Shown here piece after piece: positions 1 through 6,087 of a stretch of 13,801 nucleotides of DNA (its first letter is position 1; the number at the start of each line of letters is the position of its first letter). The position numbers and the translations under genes are program-made. Origin of the DNA: Planctomycetota bacterium (GTDB lineage: Bacteria > Planctomycetota > SZUA-567 > H5-PLA8); the NCBI GenBank assembly GCA_045863855.1, contig BTVV01000149.1, forward strand, positions 1-13,801, written 5' to 3'. A model generated the notes under the pieces. It was not told the origin of the DNA and searched no databases. It saw only the letters and a program-made list of their open reading frames with translations.

Positions 1-13
1 AGGGAGATATACC

Positions 14-205
14 ATGAGCTCAAAGAAAAATGATTCCGTTGGTTCTGGAAGGGAGTTTTGGCAGTTGGTGAATAAGGTAGCACGCGAAGTTTCGGAATGG
101 CCAGAATGGAAGAAGGGTGGCAAATACTCAGCTCCAGTCCAGGCATCAAAAGCAGGCGCAAAAATTGTTCCATCAGCAGTCGAGGATTCACCTAAACCTA
201 AATGA
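14..205 (+). CDS. Small hypothetical protein (63 aa) in AT-richer DNA
   Basis: AGGGAG RBS at 1-6 with ATG at 14. Protein-like core EFWQLVNKVAREVSEWPEWKK. GC is visibly lower than in the core genes. Confidence 0.65.
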   Translation: MSSKKNDSVGSGREFWQLVNKVAREVSEWPEWKKGGKYSAPVQASKAGAKIVPSAVEDSPKPK

Positions 206-257
206 TTACTGTAGTTATATCTGAGTAAATCCTTGTACTGGACAAATGTAAACCCCC

Positions 258-387
258 TCACCCCCACCTTCTCTTCCCGTTTCTCGGCCGGCAGTGCGGC
301 GTCTTGGTGGTCTTTCGCGTACTGCAGCGCGGCGCCGATAAAGTCGCGGAAGAGCGGGTGCGGCTGGATGGGCGTGCTCTTGAATTC
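258..387 (-). pseudogene. Inverted, diverged copy of the pyrG 3' end (last 42 codons)
   Basis: Minus strand 387->262 reads [42 protein letters not shown], against Pyr[43 protein letters not shown] (3447-3572). Manual alignment gives 107/126 nt identical. One extra G puts the TGA at 258-260 out of frame. Confidence 0.95.
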
Positions 388-672
388 GCGGGTGGATCGG
401 ACAAACGGCACGTTTGTCTGGGTGTGTTTGCGAACAAGAGGCTGGAGGCGAGCGTGATTCGGAAGTAAGCTCCCCGCATGGTTCGCAAGCGCACGTTGGA
501 CGACTTCGGCGGCGCCTCGTTAGCTTCCTTCGAGGTTGTGTGCGAGCGTGGCGTTCGGCGCGCTTCTGGCGGCTGAGAAGATCGGCGGGCGTGCCGGTGA
601 GGGTGCCCTGTATGAGCGCCTCTTGTTCGCAAGCTTACCCACACAAATCGGAGATTTGTGCGAGCCACCCGC
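388..672. mobile_element. REPIN/MITE-like element with 55-bp imperfect terminal inverted repeats
   Basis: 388-442 matches the reverse complement of 618-672 at 43/55 positions. Each arm starts with GCGGGTGG followed by an internal hairpin (GACAAACG-GCA-CGTTTGTC; CACAAATC-GGA-GATTTGTG). No credible ORF lies inside. Confidence 0.75.
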
Positions 673-722
673 GGTCGGCTGGGCACGGAGCAACGCCCAC
701 GACGCTTGCTTCAGGGCACCCG
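671..722. repeat. REP-like hairpin repeat, copy 1
   Basis: GCGGTCGGCTGGGCACGGAGCAACGCCCACGACGCTTGCTTCAGGGCACCCG matches 9365-9415 at 44/52 positions in direct orientation. Confidence 0.85.
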
Positions 723-790
723 GCCTTCCCACACTTCGGGCGGCGGAGCCAATCCATCTAGTGGTAGCGCTCTCCGGCGCTCGCCCCGTT

Positions 791-799
791 TGTGCATAA
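791..799 (-). promoter_or_regulatory. Possible DnaA box (TTATGCACA)
   Basis: TGTGCATAA on + matches the consensus TTWTNCACA on -. It lies upstream of kdsB-pyrG and is a single consensus match. Confidence 0.3.
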
Positions 800-821
800 C
801 CCGTGAACTGCTTTCCACTTC

Positions 822-843
822 GCGGTGCAAAAGCGGTGCAAAA
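822..843 (+). repeat. 11-bp tandem repeat (GCGGTGCAAAA x2)
   Basis: Exact copies at 822-832 and 833-843. Confidence 0.8.
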
Positions 844-965
844 GGGGGCGCCGCGGGCGGTCTTGCGTTGCCGGGTTGTGCCGCCCGAAAAATGAAGTAC
901 AAACGCTACCCCGTGGGACCGGTGCGCCGCAGGCGCCGGCTCGCTCGCGGGGAGCCCCTACACGC

Positions 966-1886
966 ATGTCTGTCGCGATCGTCTTACCGGCCCGGCTGGC
1001 GTCCACACGCTTGCCGAACAAGCTGCTGTTGAGCAAGACCGGGCGCACGCTTCTGGAGCACACGCTGGAGCGCGCGCGCGCGGCTCAGGCGGCGTGGCCG
1101 CAGCTCTTCACCACCGTCCTCGTCGCTTGCGACGATAAGGAGCTGGCGGCGGCGGCGCGGCGGGCGCGGGTGGAGGCGGTGATCACCGACCCGGCGCTGC
1201 CCAGCGGGACGGACCGGATCGCGGCGGCGGCGGCGGGACTCTCCGAGGCTATCGTCGTTAACCTGCAGGGCGACGAGCCCGAGGTGGAGATCGAGTACTT
1301 GAAGACGGTGGCGGAGGTGCTGGCCGGCGGCCCGCTGGGGACGCTGGACGCTCGGATGGGCCTGGCGCCGCCGCAGCCCGAGACGGCGAGCATGGCGACG
1401 CTGGCGGTGCCGATCCTGGACGAGGCGCGTTTTCGCGAGCCGAACGTGGTGAAGGTGGTGGTGCGCCGCGACGGGCACGCGCTGTACTTCAGCCGCGCGC
1501 CGATCCCGTTCGCGCGGGACGCGGGCAAGATCGAGGACGGCATGCACGTGATCGATCCGCGCACCAAGAAGCCGGCGCGGATCTGGGGCTTTCATCATCT
1601 GGGGCTGTACGCGTACCGGCGCGAGTTCCTGCTCGAGTTTCCCACGCTGGCGCCGACGATCCACGAGCGGACGGAGAAGCTCGAACAGTTGCGCGCGCTG
1701 GACCACGGGCGGTCGATCGCGGTGCGCTTCGTGCCGAAGCACGTCCCGGGGATCGATACGCCGGAGCAATACGACGCGTTCGTCGAACGCTACCAGGCGC
1801 GCGGGGGCGGGCAGGACCAGTCGGCCGATCTGGCCGACGTGCAGGGCGATTGGCTGGACCGCGGAGCGACGTTTTACGGGCACTAG
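966..1886 (+). CDS. kdsB: 3-deoxy-manno-octulosonate cytidylyltransferase (CMP-Kdo synthetase)
   Basis: Motifs PARLASTRLPNK, SGTDRI, NLQGDEP, LYFSRAPIP, HLGLYAY, EKLEQLRAL and GIDT. Start moved to ATG 966 (MSVAIVLPAR), where family similarity begins. Confidence 0.95.
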   Translation: MSVAIVLPARLASTRLPNKLLLSKTGRTLLEHTLERARAAQAAWPQLFTTVLVACDDKELAAAARRARVEAVITDPALPSGTDRIAAAAAGLSEAIVVNLQGDEPEVEIEYLKTVAEVLAGGPLGTLDARMGLAPPQPETASMATLAVPILDEARFREPNVVKVVVRRDGHALYFSRAPIPFARDAGKIEDGMHVIDPRTKKPARIWGFHHLGLYAYRREFLLEFPTLAPTIHERTEKLEQLRALDHGRSIAVRFVPKHVPGIDTPEQYDAFVERYQARGGGQDQSADLADVQGDWLDRGATFYGH

Positions 1887-1900
1887 TTTTACGGGCACTA
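1871..1900 (+). repeat. Perfect 15-bp tandem duplication spanning the kdsB stop
   Basis: GTTTTACGGGCACTA at 1871-1885 and 1886-1900. Confidence 0.95.
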
Positions 1901-1916
1901 AGAAGGAGCGATCCCT

Positions 1917-3575
1917 TTGGCCAAGCACATCTTCGTCACCGGCGGCGTCGTATCGAGCCTCGGCAAGGGCCTCACGACGGCGGCGGTGGGGTTGTTGCTG
2001 AAGCGCATGGGGCTGAAGGTCAAGCTCCAGAAGCTCGACCCCTACATCAACGTCGATCCGGGGACGATGAACCCGTACGAGCACGGCGAGGTGTACGTCA
2101 CGGAGGACGGCGCCGAGACGGACTTGGACCTGGGGCATTACGAGCGCTTCACCGGCGATTACGTTTCGCGGCACAGCAACTACACGACGGGGCAGATCTA
2201 CCAGACGGTGATCCAGAAAGAGCGGCGCGGCGATTTCCTGGGCAAGACGGTGCAGGTGGTGCCGCACATCGTCGACGAGATCAAGCGCTGCATCCTGGCG
2301 CTGGCCGACGACGAGACGGACGTGGTGATCACCGAGATCGGCGGCACCGTCGGCGACATCGAATCGCTCCCGTTTCTGGAAGCGATCCGGCAACTGCGCT
2401 ACGACCTGCACAGCCGGAACTGCCTGTACATGCACCTGACGCTGGTGCCGTACATCAAGGCGGCCGGCGAGATCAAGACGAAGCCGACGCAGCAGTCGGT
2501 GGGCGAACTGCGGCGCATCGGCATCCAGCCGGACGTCCTGATCGTGCGCACGGAAAAGCACCTCACCGACGAGCACAAAAAGAAGATGGCGCTTTTCTGC
2601 AACGTCGACCGCGACGCGGTGATCGAAGAGAAGGACGTCGAGCATTCGATTTACGAAGTCCCGCTGATGCTGATCGAACAGGGGCTCGACCAGTTGGTGG
2701 CCGAACGGCTTTCGCTGCCGGTGGGCCGCCCGCGCATCCGCGACTGGATCGACATGGTGGAAGTGGTGAAACATCCCAAGCACCGCGTGCGGATCGCGGT
2801 GGCGGGGAAGTACATCCAGCACCAGGACGCGTACAAGTCGGTCTACGAAGCGCTGAAGCACGCCGGGATCGCGCACAAGACCGAAGTGGAACTGCTGCCG
2901 ATCGAGGCGGAGGACTTCGAGAAGCGCAACGGGCTCAAGCGCTTCAACAAAGACAAGCCGCACGGCATCCTGGTGCCCGGCGGGTTCGGGCAGCGCGGGA
3001 CCGAGGGGAAAGTCGCGGCCATCCGTTTCGCCCGCGAGAACCGCATCCCGTACTTCGGCCTCTGCCTGGGCATGCAGCTCGCCGTGATCGAGTTCGGCCG
3101 CAACGTCTGCGGGCTGGACAGCGCCACCAGCAGCGAGTTCGATCCCAAGAGCGCGCAGTGCGTGATCGACCTGATGCCCGACCAGCGCGAGATCGCTCAG
3201 AAGGGCGGGACCATGCGCCTGGGGGCGTATCCGTGCGCGCTGCGGGACGGGACGAAGGCGCGCGCGGCGTATGCGGCGGAGCAGGTCAGCGAACGCCACC
3301 GCCACCGCTACGAATTCAACAACCAGTACCGCGAACAGTACGAACACCGCGGCATGATCTTCTCGGGCCTGAGCCCCGACGGGCGGCTGGTGGAGATCGT
3401 GGAGCTGGCCGATCATCCGTGGTTCGTGGCGGTGCAGTTCCATCCGGAGTTCAAGAGCACGCCGATTCAGCCGCACCCGCTCTTCCGGGACTTTCTCGGG
3501 GCGTCGTTGCAGTACGCGAAGGAGCACCAGGACGCGGCGCTGACGGCGGAGAAGCGGGAGGAGAAAGTGGGGTGA
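1917..3575 (+). CDS. pyrG: CTP synthase
   Basis: [41 protein letters not shown], and glutaminase motifs [15 protein letters not shown] and QFHPEF. TTG start with AAGGAG RBS at 1903-1908. Confidence 0.99.
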   Translation: MAKHIFVTGGVVSSLGKGLTTAAVGLLLKRMGLKVKLQKLDPYINVDPGTMNPYEHGEVYVTEDGAETDLDLGHYERFTGDYVSRHSNYTTGQIYQTVIQKERRGDFLGKTVQVVPHIVDEIKRCILALADDETDVVITEIGGTVGDIESLPFLEAIRQLRYDLHSRNCLYMHLTLVPYIKAAGEIKTKPTQQSVGELRRIGIQPDVLIVRTEKHLTDEHKKKMALFCNVDRDAVIEEKDVEHSIYEVPLMLIEQGLDQLVAERLSLPVGRPRIRDWIDMVEVVKHPKHRVRIAVAGKYIQHQDAYKSVYEALKHAGIAHKTEVELLPIEAEDFEKRNGLKRFNKDKPHGILVPGGFGQRGTEGKVAAIRFARENRIPYFGLCLGMQLAVIEFGRNVCGLDSATSSEFDPKSAQCVIDLMPDQREIAQKGGTMRLGAYPCALRDGTKARAAYAAEQVSERHRHRYEFNNQYREQYEHRGMIFSGLSPDGRLVEIVELADHPWFVAVQFHPEFKSTPIQPHPLFRDFLGASLQYAKEHQDAALTAEKREEKVG

Positions 3576-3692
3576 AGGCCGTTCGCCCGCGGGACAGTGG
3601 GCCGGGGCGAAAGAGGCTTGTCCGCGCGTAGCGCCGTGCCCCGGAACTTCCTAAGAATTGCCTCGTCCCATTCCGCCATTCACCCCCAAGCC

Positions 3693-3723
3693 CTCTCCGT
3701 GAACTCCGTGCCTCCGTGGTGAA
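3693..3723. repeat. Short CTCCGTG x3 intergenic repeat (TTCACCACGGAGGCACGGAG-type on minus strand)
   Basis: CTCTCCGTGAACTCCGTGCCTCCGTGGTGAA. From recall, it resembles a dispersed repeat often seen near GxxExxY genes; not verified. Confidence 0.6.
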
Positions 3724-3767
3724 GCCGTAGCCGTTCGACGCGCGAGGAACTCACCGCTCCCCGTCCC

Positions 3768-4523
3768 CTACCGCACCGCTTCGAAGTTCCGCGAGACGAC
3801 CCAGTCGGGACGGGGTTGTTCGACGGGGCGCGGGCGGTTGGCCACGTCGTTGAAGCAGACGATGAAGGTCTTGCGCGGGAGCGGCGACATGTTGTGGTTG
3901 CTGCCGTGGAGCAGGTTGCAGTCGAAGAAGAGCACGTCGCCGGGTTCGCCGGTGACGGGGCGGATGTCTTCCTCGTTCACGCGGGCTTTGAGCGTCGGGA
4001 CGTCCACGCACCACTGCTTGTAGCTGGTCGTGACGGTATCGGCGTAGTGTTCCTGGCGGCCCCAGCGGTGCGAGCCGGCGACGACGGTGAGGCAGCCGTT
4101 GTTGAGCGTGGCGCGGTCGAGCAGGACCATGCAGGAGATCAGCTTGGGATCGACGCCGTCCCACATCCAGTAGCCGTAGTCCTGGTGCCAGAGCCAGACG
4201 CCTCCTTCGAAGGCGTCCTTCACGTTGATCTTGCTGTGCCAGACGTAGACGTCGTTGCCGGTGAGGGCGCGGACGGGTTCGAGGATTTCGGGGCGGCGGA
4301 CGAGGGCCTTGAAGGGCGGGCTGTGGCGGTGCGCGAGATAGACCTGGCGGACGGCGCCGCTCTTTTCGCGTTCGCGGTGCAAGCCGTCGGCGGCGTCGTC
4401 TCCGTTGAGCAGATCCGGCACGGCGGCGTGGAGTGCCTGGAGGTCCGCCGCGGAGAGCAGGCCGCGGACCATCAGGTAGCCGTCCTTGCGGTATTGCGCG
4501 TACTGGGCTTCGGTCCAGCTCAT
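3768..4523 (-). CDS. Phytanoyl-CoA dioxygenase (PhyH) family Fe(II)/2-oxoglutarate dioxygenase, EctD/proline-hydroxylase-like
   Basis: YRKDGYL, HSKINVK, WHQDYGYW (HxD iron ligands), NGCLTVVAGSH, and GDVLFFDCNLLHGS..N...R (distal His and 2OG-binding Arg). Confidence 0.92.
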   Translation of the reverse strand: MSWTEAQYAQYRKDGYLMVRGLLSAADLQALHAAVPDLLNGDDAADGLHREREKSGAVRQVYLAHRHSPPFKALVRRPEILEPVRALTGNDVYVWHSKINVKDAFEGGVWLWHQDYGYWMWDGVDPKLISCMVLLDRATLNNGCLTVVAGSHRWGRQEHYADTVTTSYKQWCVDVPTLKARVNEEDIRPVTGEPGDVLFFDCNLLHGSNHNMSPLPRKTFIVCFNDVANRPRPVEQPRPDWVVSRNFEAVR

Positions 4524-4611
4524 GGTTCGGTCTCCGGTTTCGTTTGTTCGCGGCGTGGCGGCTTAGATCTCGTTCTTATCGGTTCGCGCTTCGCGCGGTT
4601 AATCGGGTCCA

Positions 4612-4642
4612 CCTCCCCTGCCCCTCCTTGGCAAGGAGGGGA
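4612..4642. repeat. CCCCTCC-type palindromic intergenic repeat
   Basis: CCTCCCCTG followed by the hairpin CCCCTCCTTG-G-CAAGGAGGGG (4621-4641), between divergent genes. Confidence 0.6.
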
Positions 4643-4747
4643 ACCGGCCAAGTCGAATGCGCGTCACGCACGTCCACTTGCAAAGGCACGGTACCCCGCG
4701 GCGAGCGCGGGGGCCATGACGAGGTTGCGCCAAAAGTATCGAAGTTA

Positions 4748-4756
4748 TGCTATTAT
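4748..4756 (+). promoter_or_regulatory. Extended -10 promoter element (TGcTATTAT), likely leaderless AraC transcript
   Basis: TGn-TATTAT ends 6 nt before ATG 4763, and there is no SD motif. Confidence 0.55.
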
Positions 4757-4762
4757 GGTTTG

Positions 4763-5440
4763 ATGCGCATTCGATCCGAAGCTCGGCATTACCGCTGGGA
4801 GCTGCTGCCGCGGCTGGCGACGGAGGTGGAGTTCGGCCGGCGCGCGGCGGCGCGGCGCGACTTGCGCGAGTTGGTGGCGATCCTGGCGCGGCAGAGCGGC
4901 CCGGACCTGACGCTGCGCAAAATGCGCTGCGCGCAGACGATGAGCGCGTGCCTGCGCGGGGCGCGGCTGGGCGGCGGCCCGAGCGCCGCGCTGCTGGCCG
5001 AACATATCGAGGCGCTGCGGAAGCTGAGCGGTTTGAAGAGCTGGCCGGGGGTGCGGCGGGCGCTGGAGCGCTACGTGGACGGCTTGATCGACCGCGTGCG
5101 GCCGGCGGGGCGCGGGCGGATGCAGCGGCTGGTGGCCTCGATCCGCGAGGACGTGCGCTCGGCGCTCCACGAGCCCAAGACGCTGGCGCAGTACGCGGCG
5201 GAGCTGGAGCTGAGCGCGGGGCATCTCTCGCGGGAGTTCGGGCGCATCGCCGGGCGTCCGTTTCGCGAGGAAGTGCGGCGGCTGCGCTGCGAGGCGGTGC
5301 GCAAGCTGCTGCTCGAGACGCCGGCGAAGCTGCCGGAGATCGCTCGGCGCGTGGGCTTGCGCAGCGCGTCGCAGTTGATCGCGGACTTCAAAGCGCAGAC
5401 GGGCGTGACGCCGGGGCAGTACCGGCGTTCGAACGGCTGA
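4763..5440 (+). CDS. AraC-family transcriptional regulator
   Basis: C-terminal double HTH: TLAQYAAELELSAGHLSREF...LPEIARRVGLRSASQLIADFKAQTGVTPGQYR. Start inferred at ATG 4763. Confidence 0.88.
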   Translation: MRIRSEARHYRWELLPRLATEVEFGRRAAARRDLRELVAILARQSGPDLTLRKMRCAQTMSACLRGARLGGGPSAALLAEHIEALRKLSGLKSWPGVRRALERYVDGLIDRVRPAGRGRMQRLVASIREDVRSALHEPKTLAQYAAELELSAGHLSREFGRIAGRPFREEVRRLRCEAVRKLLLETPAKLPEIARRVGLRSASQLIADFKAQTGVTPGQYRRSNG

Positions 5441-5449
5441 GCGAAGCGT

Positions 5450-5914
5450 TCACTTCGCCAGCAGCGCCTCGATGCGGGCGCGGCGGTAATCGAAGATGCG
5501 TTTGAGCGAAGGTTTGACGAAGAACGGATGGGCCAGCGCGCCGAACGGTCCCCAGCCGACTTCGTAGTCGACGGCGTCGCGCATGCGCGTCCATTCGCGG
5601 CCGTCCGTTCCGGGATGCGGCTCGAAGGTGTGCAGGTGGATCCAGCGCCGGTACGGCCCGCGGGCCTGGACGTCGATGAACTTGCGCGGCGGATCCCATT
5701 CGAGGATGCGCGTCTGCCAGCCGAAGGGGATGCCGAGGAGGCGCAGGCGGTACTCGATGGCGGCGCCGGCTTTCATCTCGATGGGCAGCGGAGAGACGAT
5801 GCGGAAATGCAGCCACGGCGGCGTGAGCGCTTCGAGGTTGCTCGCGTCGGCGAAGAAGGGAAAAACTTCGGCCACGGGCCTGGGAATGAGTTGCTCGCGT
5901 TCGAGCCGGTGCAT
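5450..5914 (-). CDS. SRPBCC/START-domain family protein
   Basis: VFPFFADASNLEALTPPW, FIDVQARGPYRRWIHLHTF, MRDAVDY and IFDYR. GGAGGG RBS upstream. Confidence 0.9.
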   Translation of the reverse strand: MHRLEREQLIPRPVAEVFPFFADASNLEALTPPWLHFRIVSPLPIEMKAGAAIEYRLRLLGIPFGWQTRILEWDPPRKFIDVQARGPYRRWIHLHTFEPHPGTDGREWTRMRDAVDYEVGWGPFGALAHPFFVKPSLKRIFDYRRARIEALLAK

Positions 5915-6087
5915 GGATCCCGCGCCCTCCAGGCGAAGAATAAATCAAATGCGGCCGCTCGAGTCAGGAAAATCGGACAGCTTTCGGATCGCCTATCCGC
6001 TGCTACCATCAGGAATTAGAATCGTCACGCGCCGCGTTCGCGGGATGGTGTATAAGGTTCTTTCTTCCAACCTCCAGGGAACTTGGC

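Noticed and set aside
414..1063. Several 60-140 aa ORFs over the repeat region upstream of kdsB
   Set aside because: They overlap in all frames, lack an RBS or motifs, and coincide with non-coding repeats.
984..3527. 847-aa minus-strand ORF (and the 593-aa + strand ORF 1850-3631)
   Set aside because: Shadow frames of kdsB-pyrG in high-GC DNA, with biased composition and no domain motifs.
262..3572. pyrG tail pair as a DGR template/variable repeat
   Set aside because: Mismatches are mostly at third codon positions, include many G/C changes and are not adenine-specific. No reverse transcriptase is in the window.
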